Below the pieces are notes generated by a model. The model was not told the origin of the DNA, did not search any database, and was given only the letters and a program-made list of their open reading frames with translations. Positions 1 through 9,270 of a DNA stretch of 64,000 nucleotides are shown here, piece by piece (position 1 is the stretch's first letter; each line of letters begins with the position of its first letter). The position numbers and the translations under genes were made by a program. The DNA is taken from the sequence record DRR378314_1835; one strand, 5' to 3'.

Positions 1-27
1 GCTGATAGCTGATAGCTGATAGCTGAT
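1..27. repeat. 7-bp tandem repeat (GCTGATA)n, truncated by window start
   Basis: gctgata-gctgata-gctgata-gctgat(t) read directly. Confidence 0.9.
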
Positions 28-62
28 TTATTAACTCCCCCACTTAAAGCTAAAAAACCTGC

Positions 63-91
63 TTGCTTAATTTTCCAACTAAGCGTAAAAT
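63..91 (+). promoter_or_regulatory. sigma-70 promoter of rpsF operon with GC-rich discriminator
   Basis: TTGCTT(63-68)-N17-TAAAAT(86-91) followed by GCGCGC. Confidence 0.7.
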
Positions 92-121
92 GCGCGCTCA
101 TTTCGGCCTATTTAATATTAA

Positions 122-178
122 TTCCTTGCCTTAAACCGACTGGCTGAAACGGTAGAAGGCTCTATTAACCGTAAGGAA
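122..178 (+). promoter_or_regulatory. S6:S18-type autoregulatory RNA leader of rpsF
   Basis: TTCCTTGC can pair with GTAAGGAA (the SD), which is preceded by the CCG motif; alternative/inner stems GCCTT/AAGGC and ACCG/CGGT. Confidence 0.7.
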
Positions 179-183
179 TATCC

Positions 184-525
184 ATGCGTCATTACGAAAT
201 CGTATTCATGGTTCACCCTGATCAGAGTGAGCAAGTTGCTGGTATGATCGAACGTTATACTGGTTCTATCACTGAAGCTGGTGGTACTATCCACCGTCTT
301 GAAGACTGGGGCCGTCGTCAACTGGCTTACCCAATCAACAAGCTTCACAAAGCTCATTATGTTCTTATGAACGTTGAAGCACCTACTGAAGTAATCAGCG
401 AGCTAGAAACTACTTTCCGCTACAACGATGCAGTGCTTCGTAACTTAGTTATGCGTACTAAAAACGCTGTAACTGAAGCGTCTCCTCTTGTAAGAGAAGA
501 GAAGAAAGAAGCACCAGCTGCTTAA
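184..525 (+). CDS. rpsF: 30S ribosomal protein S6
   Basis: [18 protein letters not shown]...[20 protein letters not shown]. Confidence 0.99.
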   Translation: MRHYEIVFMVHPDQSEQVAGMIERYTGSITEAGGTIHRLEDWGRRQLAYPINKLHKAHYVLMNVEAPTEVISELETTFRYNDAVLRNLVMRTKNAVTEASPLVREEKKEAPAA

Positions 526-570
526 TTGTTTTGAGTCCAAGCATGGCGCTTGTTCAGTTGAGTTATTAAG

Positions 571-897
571 ATGAGCCAAAAGCTTAACCCTTACATGAAT
601 CAACTAACACTATCTGGAGTTGTTTGTAAAACACCCAAATATAGCCAAAGCCCTGCTGGTATACCGCATTGTATTTTTGTTATTGAACATAAATCGATGC
701 AAATTGAAGCAGACCTTAACCGTAATAGTTATGTGAAACTTCAAGTGGTTGCTAGTGGTAAGCAAATGCAACAACAGACTCAACATTTGCACGTTGGGCA
801 GGCATTGCAAGTGAGTGGTTTTTTAAATCGCCACGAAGGTCGTAACGGCCTTAGCCAATTGGTTTTGCATGCTCAGCATATAGAAAGAATTAATTGA
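571..897 (+). CDS. priB: primosomal replication protein N (start may be 595)
   Basis: NQLTLSG...SPAGIPHC...LVLHAQHIE; between rpsF and rpsR. Confidence 0.95.
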   Translation: MSQKLNPYMNQLTLSGVVCKTPKYSQSPAGIPHCIFVIEHKSMQIEADLNRNSYVKLQVVASGKQMQQQTQHLHVGQALQVSGFLNRHEGRNGLSQLVLHAQHIERIN

Positions 898-909
898 GGA
901 ATTTATCTC

Positions 910-1137
910 ATGGCACGTTATTTCAGACGTCGTAAGTTCTGCCGCTTTAAAGCGGAAGGCGTACAACAAATCGATTACAAAGATCTAGCTACTCTTAGAA
1001 ACTATGTTACAGAAAGTGGCAAAATCGTACCTAGCCGTATTACAGGTACTAGCGCTAAATACCAGCGCCAGCTAGCAACTGCTATCAAGCGCGCTCGCTA
1101 CTTAGCCCTTCTTCCATACACTGACTTACATAAGTAA
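910..1137 (+). CDS. rpsR: 30S ribosomal protein S18
   Basis: [13 protein letters not shown]...[12 protein letters not shown]. Confidence 0.99.
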
Positions 1138-1172
1138 GCAGCGGATTAACAGTTTTTAAAAGGTGTAGAAAC

Positions 1173-1625
1173 ATGCAAGTTATTCTACTAGATAAGATCG
1201 CTAACCTAGGTAGCCTAGGTGAACAGGTTGTAGTTAAATCTGGTTTCGCACGTAACTTCCTTTTCCCGCAAGGTAAGGCAGTTCCTGCGACTAAAGCTAA
1301 CATTGAAACTTTTGACGCACGTCGCGCAGAACTTGAAGCGAAAATCGCTGAACAGTTAGTTGCTGCACAAGCACGCGCTGACAAACTAGAAGCATTAGCT
1401 GAAGTTACATTAGTATCTAAAGCTGGTGACGAAGGTAAGTTATTCGGTTCAATCGGTACTCGTGACATCGCTGACGCTATCTCAGCTGTTGGTGTTGAAG
1501 TTGCTAAATCAGAAGTTCGTTTACCTCTAGGTACTATCCGTGAGACTGGCGAATTTGACGTTGCAATCGCAGTACACTCAGACGTAACGGCTACTATTAA
1601 AGTAATCGTAATCGCTGAAGCTTAA
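1173..1625 (+). CDS. rplI: 50S ribosomal protein L9
   Basis: [16 protein letters not shown]...GKLFGSIG. Confidence 0.99.
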   Translation: MQVILLDKIANLGSLGEQVVVKSGFARNFLFPQGKAVPATKANIETFDARRAELEAKIAEQLVAAQARADKLEALAEVTLVSKAGDEGKLFGSIGTRDIADAISAVGVEVAKSEVRLPLGTIRETGEFDVAIAVHSDVTATIKVIVIAEA

Positions 1626-1640
1626 TTTTTAATTAAGCCA

Positions 1641-1671
1641 AAAAAGCCGTGCTCATTGAGCGCGGCTTTTT
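1641..1671 (+). terminator. intrinsic terminator after rplI
   Basis: AAAAAGCCGTGCTC-ATT-GAGCGCGGCTTTTT. Confidence 0.9.
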
Positions 1672-1851
1672 GTTACCTAATAGAATGAACTCACTACTTA
1701 TATTGTTCGTATATGTAAGTTGTTGTTAGTTATAATGTATTAGAGTAAGAAATGTTTTCGGTGTAGCTTTTCTTCACCGAGCCAAGTCGAAGAAAAATCA
1801 GAAAGTGGTAGATATACTTTTATTTGTTGTCTTCATTTAGATTACAGTTTG

Positions 1852-1881
1852 TTGACAGTGACAGCGTTGTCACTGTATATT
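1852..1881 (+). promoter_or_regulatory. sigma-70 promoter of pilin cluster with a 9+9 bp inverted repeat across the spacer
   Basis: TTGACA(1852)-N18-TATATT(1876); ACAGTGACA-GCGT-TGTCACTGT at 1855-1876. Confidence 0.6.
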
Positions 1882-1917
1882 GTTTGTGCACTGGGCATGG
1901 TGTGAAGGAAGTAATTG

Positions 1918-2352
1918 ATGAACAATAAAATGAAAAAAAGTGTATTACAACATGGGTTTACACTCACCGAGTTATTAATAGTTGTTGCAATAATAGGTAT
2001 TCTTTATAGTGTAGCTTTACCTTCATATACAGAGCATATGGAGCGCAGTCGCCGCGCTGATATTCAGCAGGTAATGTTACAATATGGTGCAAGCCTAGAA
2101 CGAATATATTCACGTAACGGTGGTTACCCAAATGCATTTAATGCTGCCGTAAATACTGAATTCTATACTTTTTCATATACGCCATCAGATAGAGTCCCCG
2201 GTGCAGCTGCTGCCGATGATTTTCGTAGTCGAAAGTACACTTTAAAAGCGACTCCTAAAGCAGGCTCAGCTCAAGCGAATGACCGTTGTGGTGCCTTAAC
2301 CTTAACTCATGATGGTTCACAGCTACCAAATTCTAATAGTTGTTGGGGTTAG
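1918..2352 (+). CDS. pilE: type IV minor pilin, PilE-like
   Basis: G|FTLTELLIVVAIIGIL prepilin site; PSY..RSRRAD; C-terminal DRCG.LTL...CW. Confidence 0.85.
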   Translation: MNNKMKKSVLQHGFTLTELLIVVAIIGILYSVALPSYTEHMERSRRADIQQVMLQYGASLERIYSRNGGYPNAFNAAVNTEFYTFSYTPSDRVPGAAAADDFRSRKYTLKATPKAGSAQANDRCGALTLTHDGSQLPNSNSCWG

Positions 2353-2356
2353 CCAA

Positions 2357-2806
2357 ATGAACAAAGCCTCAGGTTTTACTCTTGTTGAGTTAATGGTGGT
2401 GGTTGGTATCATCGCGATTATGGCTGTGCTTGCATTTCCCTCATTTAGCCAGCAAATAATGCAAGATCGTGTTGTAACAACCGCCAATCAGTTGAACAGT
2501 GTATACAAGTTTGCGCGCAGCGAAGCGGTAAAGCGCGATAGTAATGTTAAGCTTGTTGTGAGCGGAGATAAATGGCAAGTAAAGGCACCCGTTGATGGAG
2601 TCGAAACCTTGTTGCGTGAGTTTGCTATTCAACATCAAGGTATTAATGTTTCATTAGTAGATAAAACGATTATGTCTACAGGTGAGGTTTCGTTAGCAAG
2701 TACCATTTTGGTTAAAGATGATAACGAAAAAACGACGGACTATTATCTTTGTGTTTTAAAAAGTGGTCAAAATTGGTTAGCTGAAAAATCCACTGGGTGC
2801 GCGTAA
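2357..2806 (+). CDS. fimT: type IV minor pilin, FimT/GspH-like
   Basis: G|FTLVELMVVV; ARSEAVKR motif. Confidence 0.8.
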   Translation: MNKASGFTLVELMVVVGIIAIMAVLAFPSFSQQIMQDRVVTTANQLNSVYKFARSEAVKRDSNVKLVVSGDKWQVKAPVDGVETLLREFAIQHQGINVSLVDKTIMSTGEVSLASTILVKDDNEKTTDYYLCVLKSGQNWLAEKSTGCA

Positions 2807-3219
2807 TGAAATCGCAAAATGGTTTTTCATTACTTGAAGTAATGATATCGGTTGTGATTGCGGGTATTGCTTTATTAGGCCTTGCCTCTGCACAGCTAAA
2901 ATCTTTACAGTACGCGACCAATAGTTTTAATTACACTGTTTCTTTAATTCAAGCGCAAAATACCATAGAGCGACTATGGCCTCATATTTGTGAATTACAA
3001 ACAACGAACCCTGATCTATTTACGGATGTGGATTTTCGCGCTGCTCTTGAACCACAAATAGCCGACTACACGTTAACCTTACCAGCTGCTTTTAATGATG
3101 AAATGCAGGTTATTGTTAGCTGGAATGACGAACGTATTAAGCAAAACGATCCACTGGGTCTGGAAAATCAAATCACACTCAATGCCAGTTATCCTGATTT
3201 ATCTGCAGGGTGTAGTTAA
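2806..3219 (+). CDS. pilV: type IV minor pilin, PilV-like
   Basis: G|FSLLEVMIS...LLGLASAQLKSLQ; TAATG coupling. Confidence 0.8.
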   Translation: MKSQNGFSLLEVMISVVIAGIALLGLASAQLKSLQYATNSFNYTVSLIQAQNTIERLWPHICELQTTNPDLFTDVDFRAALEPQIADYTLTLPAAFNDEMQVIVSWNDERIKQNDPLGLENQITLNASYPDLSAGCS

Positions 3220-3746
3220 TGTTTTATTGCGGAGAAAAACAACGCGGTTATACATTGGTCGAGTTGATGGTAGCACTTGCAGCAGGGGCGTTTTTGCTCG
3301 GTGGTGTAAGTTTGGCATACTCTGCCATAAAAGGGACTGTGTTGGTTGGCAAGGAATTAGAAAACGCGCAAGAAGTTATACGCTATACCAGCAAGGTATT
3401 TACTCGCAGTATTAAGCAAACACCGGTTACACCTATAGTTAGTGCTGATGGTTCATCAATTACAATAACCCAGCCCGCAGGAGTTGTGACTTGCACAGGA
3501 AGTGTGGCAGCGGCGGATGTAAATGAAGTCTATAGCTTAGACGGTAATAACCTCATGTGTGCGCTCGGTGCATTGACCCCTGAGCGGTTATTAACCGGTT
3601 TAGCATCGCTAAATTTTAGTATCAACAATGAGCTAGTCACAATTAACGTCAAACCAGAGCAGTTACCAGCTCAATTTGGGGATTCCGTTGCTATAGAGCT
3701 AGCTGCATCTAACGTTATTCTTGAAAAAGTATACAGTGGTGAATAA
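3219..3746 (+). CDS. pilW: type IV minor pilin, PilW-like
   Basis: G|YTLVELMVAL; position in cluster. Confidence 0.75.
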   Translation: MFYCGEKQRGYTLVELMVALAAGAFLLGGVSLAYSAIKGTVLVGKELENAQEVIRYTSKVFTRSIKQTPVTPIVSADGSSITITQPAGVVTCTGSVAAADVNEVYSLDGNNLMCALGALTPERLLTGLASLNFSINNELVTINVKPEQLPAQFGDSVAIELAASNVILEKVYSGE

Positions 3747-5572
3747 TGAGTAAGAAACAGCATGGCTTTACATTAATAACGGTGCTTATTTTAACAAGTA
3801 TGGCCAGCATTGTTGTACTTAATTCATTACGTGAAAACCTTGTGCAAGAACGTTTGACGGGTAACTTTCAAAAGAAGATTAATAGCCGCCTGTTAGCTGA
3901 AAAAGGGGTATTCGAAGAAGCGAAGTTATTAAAACAGGCACTGAACGATAATCAGGCGCTTGATGTAGATGGTTTAATTGCTGCAGCAGGAAATGCCACA
4001 GGGAGTGGTTTAATTGGCGATGATGCTATTTATAATGCGACATTAAGTAAAAATGCAGCAGGAGAAATTGAAATAGCTAGTCAGGGCCGGCGCTATAGCG
4101 GCGACGCGGTCAGTAACCTCGTTGCACGTTATAAAATGATTCCTGGTGCGCCTAAGTCTCCCTTTGAGCAAGCCATTGTTGGCTGTGAAGGGGTTCTTGT
4201 TAATGGTAGCGGTCGTATTGACAGCTACGATTCAGCGGACGGGCCATATAAAGAAGAAGATGCGGGTACAGATGCACGGGTAGGGACTATTCATCATGAT
4301 TCAGATGTTTCGTTAAGTGGTGGCTCGCCTATTTGGGGCGATGTGATAGTAACGGGTAATGTAACTTTAAGTGGTAGTTCACCTGTAATGGGAAATATAC
4401 ATGCCAACGGAAGTGTTACTATTAATGGCGGTACTGGCACCGGTGTGCCTGAAGGCTATCCAGCTGACACCCGCGTAGCAGGAGATATTTTATCAATGCA
4501 CAGCATTGATTTCACTGGCGGACGTGTTTTGGGGGTGTTAAGGGCTATAAAAGATTTAACAATCCGTAATAATGATGACGGTATTGTTGAGAATAGAGAA
4601 GCAAATGGCCCTGATATTATGTATGGCGGTAAAGGTAGCTTCCCCAGTGATTTAGGTGCACACCAGTATCAAGATGGTAAACCATACTCACATGATGAAT
4701 TTAAAAAAGTGCCAGATATACAACCTGTCCCTTCGGTTGACCCAAATAACCCAGATCCAAATCATGACTACACAGATCCACGTACTAACTGTGATCCGAT
4801 TTTGGTTGTTCGTAACAATGAAAATTTAGCAGGCAGCAGTACACTTACGGATTTAAATGTTATCGAATTTTCAGCATTCAACTTGACCGCAAATCAAGGG
4901 ACATTTACCAAGTGGCCGAGTTGGAAAAAACCGATGGGGCAAAACATTACGCCTGTATCAAGAACCGTATTTGAGCAACCTAATCAACAAGTTTATGTCT
5001 TGGATAGCCTGACCGTTTCTGGCGGAAAACTGACTGTGCAAAGTGGTGATGTCACTTTATATATTAAAAACGACTTTAGGTATAATAATCATCCTAGTAA
5101 TGGGTTTGAGATTGCCTCGGGTGCCACATTAACAATATATATTGAAGGACGCGTTATTATTGATGATGAAATTACAGCGCATGAGCCTATTTCGTCAGTT
5201 GGGCGTGCTGTATTTAGCATTTTTTCAAGTTACGAAACCCCAGACATGGATCCGCTGGTGTGTCATGGTGTGCCTTCAACAGGCAATAAAGTTGGCGTAG
5301 AGCTTTTGTCAAATGCATCTATGTATGCAGCGATTTATGCACCTAGAGCCCATATTCAAGTTAATTCAGATTCTGGTAATGACTTTAATGGCTCCCTGAG
5401 AGGTAAAACGGTCTCAACATGCGGTAATGGTGGGATCCATTATGACAAACGTTTAAAAGATATTAGTGCTGGCGGCGGCGGTGCTACCGTACCTAAATTA
5501 CAGTTTCTAGGTTGGTCATACAAAGCCCCCGAAACGATTGTTGAAGAAACAGAAGAAGAAACAACTCCTTAA
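3746..5572 (+). CDS. large PilX-like pilin with extended C-terminal beta-rich domain
   Basis: G|FTLITV (no Glu5, as in PilX/GspK); ERLTGN..AEKG; YAAIYAP and IHYD motifs in the C-terminal part. Confidence 0.7.
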   Translation: MSKKQHGFTLITVLILTSMASIVVLNSLRENLVQERLTGNFQKKINSRLLAEKGVFEEAKLLKQALNDNQALDVDGLIAAAGNATGSGLIGDDAIYNATLSKNAAGEIEIASQGRRYSGDAVSNLVARYKMIPGAPKSPFEQAIVGCEGVLVNGSGRIDSYDSADGPYKEEDAGTDARVGTIHHDSDVSLSGGSPIWGDVIVTGNVTLSGSSPVMGNIHANGSVTINGGTGTGVPEGYPADTRVAGDILSMHSIDFTGGRVLGVLRAIKDLTIRNNDDGIVENREANGPDIMYGGKGSFPSDLGAHQYQDGKPYSHDEFKKVPDIQPVPSVDPNNPDPNHDYTDPRTNCDPILVVRNNENLAGSSTLTDLNVIEFSAFNLTANQGTFTKWPSWKKPMGQNITPVSRTVFEQPNQQVYVLDSLTVSGGKLTVQSGDVTLYIKNDFRYNNHPSNGFEIASGATLTIYIEGRVIIDDEITAHEPISSVGRAVFSIFSSYETPDMDPLVCHGVPSTGNKVGVELLSNASMYAAIYAPRAHIQVNSDSGNDFNGSLRGKTVSTCGNGGIHYDKRLKDISAGGGGATVPKLQFLGWSYKAPETIVEETEEETTP

Positions 5573-5576
5573 GAAT

Positions 5577-5600
5577 ATGGCTGCACCCCAGTGTAGCCAT
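5577..5600 (+). terminator. hairpin ending pilin operon
   Basis: ATGGCTGCAC-CCCA-GTGTAGCCAT (short U-tail). Confidence 0.55.
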
Positions 5601-5794
5601 TCAAAACTGGCTATAATGATCATTTGATCACTGACCTTTCATTTAGAAAATAAATAATTTTATTTCTTTTAAACCTTTTCTACCTTGCCTAACGTCTAAC
5701 TATTCAAGAAACTAAATATGAATAAAACATATTTTTTAATGGCTTGGGTATAAACTCAATTCATAACAACAATTATAAAGGGACAACATCAACG

Positions 5795-6346
5795 ATGTTG
5801 ATAGATGCTAAAGAGGCTTTTGCACCTCCTTCTGAGGATGCATTAATTACGCAAGCTAAAATGGGTGATCAACAGGCCTATGCCCAACTGTATACGTTAC
5901 ATGTTAAGCGTGTCTATGCCTTGTGCTTACGCTTACTTGCGGACAAAGAGCATGCGGAAGATGCAACACAAGAGGTCTTTGTTCAGCTGTGGCATAAAAT
6001 TGCGAGCTTTGAAGGGCAATCACAATTTTCCACATGGTTACATAGTGTAACCAGTAATATTGCGATTAGTTACTTAAGAAAGCATAAAAACTGGCTGCAA
6101 AAGGTGGTGAGTTTTGAGCAAAGTGGTATGGATGAACAAAGTGCGACTGATTGCCAAGGCTTAAACGGGCTCGATAAATTAGTGCTGCGATTGCCTGAGC
6201 GAGCAAGGATGGTGTTTGTTCTTCATGCTATTGAAGGTTACCGCCACGAAGAAATTGCGACCATGCTTGGAATGGCCGTCGGATCGAGTAAGTCGCAATA
6301 TCATCGTGCAAAACAGTTATTAAAAGAGTGGTATGAAAATGAGTAA
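5795..6346 (+). CDS. ECF RNA polymerase sigma factor
   Basis: AEDATQEVF...FSTWL region 2; LPERARMVFVL..EGY.HEEIA..LG..VGSSKSQYHRAK region 4. Confidence 0.92.
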   Translation: MLIDAKEAFAPPSEDALITQAKMGDQQAYAQLYTLHVKRVYALCLRLLADKEHAEDATQEVFVQLWHKIASFEGQSQFSTWLHSVTSNIAISYLRKHKNWLQKVVSFEQSGMDEQSATDCQGLNGLDKLVLRLPERARMVFVLHAIEGYRHEEIATMLGMAVGSSKSQYHRAKQLLKEWYENE

Positions 6347-6815
6347 ACCAGATTTTGAAACATTCTTAGCTGAGTCACTTAACAACTCAGAGACGCACAT
6401 TGCGCCGGAAAAAGATTTATGGCAGGGAATAGAAAAAGCGATTTCTAACCCTGCGATACAGCAACGTGAATCGTCTATGTGGCCAAAGCTTGCTGGGATT
6501 GCAGCGTGCAGTGTTGCTGCATTATTAAGTGTTCAGCTGGTCTTTAATAGCCCAACTCAGGACGCCAGCGTTGCAATGAGTGACTTTTTTGCAGAGCAAA
6601 AACAAACGTTATTAGTGCAGTACCAAGATCAGCCTGCATTAACGGATAACTGGCAACAACAATTAACAGAGTTAGAGGATGCAGAGCGGGCAATTAAACA
6701 AGCGTTAGAGAATGAGCCCGAAAATCCCGCATTATTAAAAATGCTGGCGCAAATTTATCAACAGCAATTAGATCTAATCAATAAGGTGCATGCACCTAAG
6801 TGGCAAACAATTTAG
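6333..6815 (+). CDS. putative single-TM anti-sigma factor
   Basis: overlaps sigma stop; PEKDLWQGIE motif, one hydrophobic segment. Confidence 0.7.
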   Translation: MKMSKPDFETFLAESLNNSETHIAPEKDLWQGIEKAISNPAIQQRESSMWPKLAGIAACSVAALLSVQLVFNSPTQDASVAMSDFFAEQKQTLLVQYQDQPALTDNWQQQLTELEDAERAIKQALENEPENPALLKMLAQIYQQQLDLINKVHAPKWQTI

Positions 6816-6826
6816 GAGTAATGAGT

Positions 6827-7768
6827 ATGAAAGCATTAATTTTAGCGATGAGTATGTTGCCGCTAATGGCAGTTGCAGGGCAAAAAATCGATGAGCAAAT
6901 TAGCGTACCGGCTAATAAACGTATTTTTATTGATAACCAACGCGGGGATGTGCGCGTTGAAGGGTGGGATAAAGCTGAACTTAAAATAAGCGGTGAACTT
7001 GATGACAAAGCACAAGGGTATCGTTTAGAAGTTGAGAATGATCGTATTGAATTTATTGTTAAAATGCCACGCAATCAAAACTACGGTTGGAATAGAGGCG
7101 ATGGGTCAGAGCTTGTAATCTTCATGCCAAAGAGTAGTGAATTAGAGCTGTCGGGTGTGAACGTTAACGTTGTGGCAAGCGAGCTTAGCAATGGCACTGA
7201 TATTGATGTAGTCAATGGCGACATTACATTATCTGCTATTGAAGGAGATATAAGCGTTGAAACGGTTAATGGTGATGTAGATGCAACAAACCTAATTGGT
7301 GATATTCGCTATGAAACCGTTAATGGTGAAATTAATGATAGAGACTCTCAAGGAAAATTACGTTTTACAGCTGTAAATGGTGATATTAAATCAACGTCGA
7401 AAGCGCAAGATGTAAGATTAGAGAATGTTAATGGGGATATCGACTTTGCCCTTGATACTATTAAAAAGTTACGCATTAACACTGTTAATGGTGAGGCTGA
7501 AGTACGCATTAACCGTTTACTTGATAAGGCTGATATACGCTTTGAGTCAGTCAGTGGTGATGCTGAATTCTTTTTCCCTGATGACATATCTGCTAAATTT
7601 GAAATTGAAGCACATGCAAATGGCAAGATAGTTAATGAGCTCAGCAATGATAAAGTAAAAAAAGCTAAGTATGGTCCTTCAAGTGAACTTGAGTTTAGCG
7701 TAAATGGCGGCGACGCTGATATCGAAATAGATACAATCAGCGGTCGTATTGAATTACGTAAAAAATAA
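6827..7768 (+). CDS. secreted DUF4097-type beta-strand repeat protein
   Basis: signal peptide; repeated (T)VNG(D/E)I motifs; AGGAG RBS. Confidence 0.85.
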   Translation: MKALILAMSMLPLMAVAGQKIDEQISVPANKRIFIDNQRGDVRVEGWDKAELKISGELDDKAQGYRLEVENDRIEFIVKMPRNQNYGWNRGDGSELVIFMPKSSELELSGVNVNVVASELSNGTDIDVVNGDITLSAIEGDISVETVNGDVDATNLIGDIRYETVNGEINDRDSQGKLRFTAVNGDIKSTSKAQDVRLENVNGDIDFALDTIKKLRINTVNGEAEVRINRLLDKADIRFESVSGDAEFFFPDDISAKFEIEAHANGKIVNELSNDKVKKAKYGPSSELEFSVNGGDADIEIDTISGRIELRKK

Positions 7769-7801
7769 CCTAACACTTTATGGTGAATTGGGTATATGAG
7801 C

Positions 7802-7828
7802 CAAAGCAGGAAAAGAATTCCTGCTTTG
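7802..7828 (+). terminator. intrinsic terminator-like hairpin
   Basis: CAAAGCAGGAA-AAGAA-TTCCTGCTTTG. Confidence 0.7.
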
Positions 7829-7890
7829 CTATTTTCACAACCTCAGCAAGTCGATAGAATAGAGCTATTCCCTGTTAGTATTGCGAAGTT

Positions 7891-9270
7891 ATGGCTAAAC
7901 CAGATAAACAAGTCGACACCCTTAAAGTTCCTCCTCATTCCATTGAAGCAGAGCAGTCTGTTCTAGGTGGCTTAATGCTTGATAACCAAGCCTTTGACCG
8001 TGTTGCTGAGCTGGTTGTTGCGCAAGATTTTTATACGCGTACTCATAAACTTATCTTTGAGGCTATGGTTGAGCTGGCTGAAGTGGGTGATCCGATCGAC
8101 TTAATCACGATTTCAGAGAGCTTAGAGAAAAAGAATTCATTGAGTAATATTGGTGGTTTTGCCTATTTAGCTGAAATCGCCAAAAATACACCCAGCGCGG
8201 CGAATATAGATGCATACGCGAATATTGTGCGTGAGCGTGCGGTGGTTCGTGAAATGATCGGCGTGGCTAACGAAATTGCTGAAGCTGGTTTTAATCCTGA
8301 AGGGCGAACCAGCCATGATTTGCTCGACTTTGCAGAAAGCAAAGTATTCAAAATTGCTGAACAGCGGACAAAAAGCAGTGAAGGCCCGCAAAGTATTCAC
8401 AATATCCTAGAGAAAACCGTTGATAAAATTGAAGAGCTTTACCAGTCACCGCAAGATGGTGTGACGGGTGTAGGCACTGGGTACGCTGATCTAGACAAAA
8501 TGACAACGGGTTTGCAGCCCTCTGATTTAATTATTGTGGCAGCGCGTCCATCAATGGGTAAAACCACGTTTGCGATGAACTTAGCTGAACATGCTGCAAT
8601 GACACAAGATAAGCCTGTACTTATTTATTCATTAGAGATGCCATCTGAGCAAATCATGATGAGGATGCTGGCGTCTCTTGGCCGTATAAACCAAACCAAA
8701 GTACGTACAGGTCAATTAGATGATGATGATTGGGCGCGCTTATCATCAACCATGGGCTTATTGATGGAAAAAGGTAAGATGTATGTAGATGATGCATCAG
8801 GTCTAACACCGACAGATGTTCGCTCAAGAGCACGTCGTATTGCTCGAGATCATGGCGGGATCAGCATGATCATGGTCGATTACTTGCAGTTGATGCGAGT
8901 ACCGAGCTTGTCAGATAATCGTACCCTAGAGATTGCAGAAATATCACGCTCACTTAAGTCATTGGCTAAAGAGCTAAAATGCCCGGTTGTAGCTCTTTCT
9001 CAGCTTAACCGTACTCTAGAGCAACGTGCTGATAAACGACCAATCAACTCGGATTTACGTGAATCAGGCTCTATCGAGCAGGATGCCGATTTAATCATGT
9101 TTATTTATCGTGATGAGGTCTACAACGAAGACAGTACAGAAAAAGGCATCGCTGAAATCATTATCGGTAAACAGCGTAACGGTCCTATCGGTAAAGTACG
9201 TTTGACCTTCCAAGGCCAGTTCTCGCGTTTTGATAATTACGCGGGTCCAGCAGTTGATGACGAGTATTAA
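7891..9270 (+). CDS. dnaB: replicative DNA helicase
   Basis: PPHSIEAEQSVLG; AARPSMGKT; DYLQL; SDLRESGSIEQDAD. Confidence 0.99.
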   Translation: MAKPDKQVDTLKVPPHSIEAEQSVLGGLMLDNQAFDRVAELVVAQDFYTRTHKLIFEAMVELAEVGDPIDLITISESLEKKNSLSNIGGFAYLAEIAKNTPSAANIDAYANIVRERAVVREMIGVANEIAEAGFNPEGRTSHDLLDFAESKVFKIAEQRTKSSEGPQSIHNILEKTVDKIEELYQSPQDGVTGVGTGYADLDKMTTGLQPSDLIIVAARPSMGKTTFAMNLAEHAAMTQDKPVLIYSLEMPSEQIMMRMLASLGRINQTKVRTGQLDDDDWARLSSTMGLLMEKGKMYVDDASGLTPTDVRSRARRIARDHGGISMIMVDYLQLMRVPSLSDNRTLEIAEISRSLKSLAKELKCPVVALSQLNRTLEQRADKRPINSDLRESGSIEQDADLIMFIYRDEVYNEDSTEKGIAEIIIGKQRNGPIGKVRLTFQGQFSRFDNYAGPAVDDEY

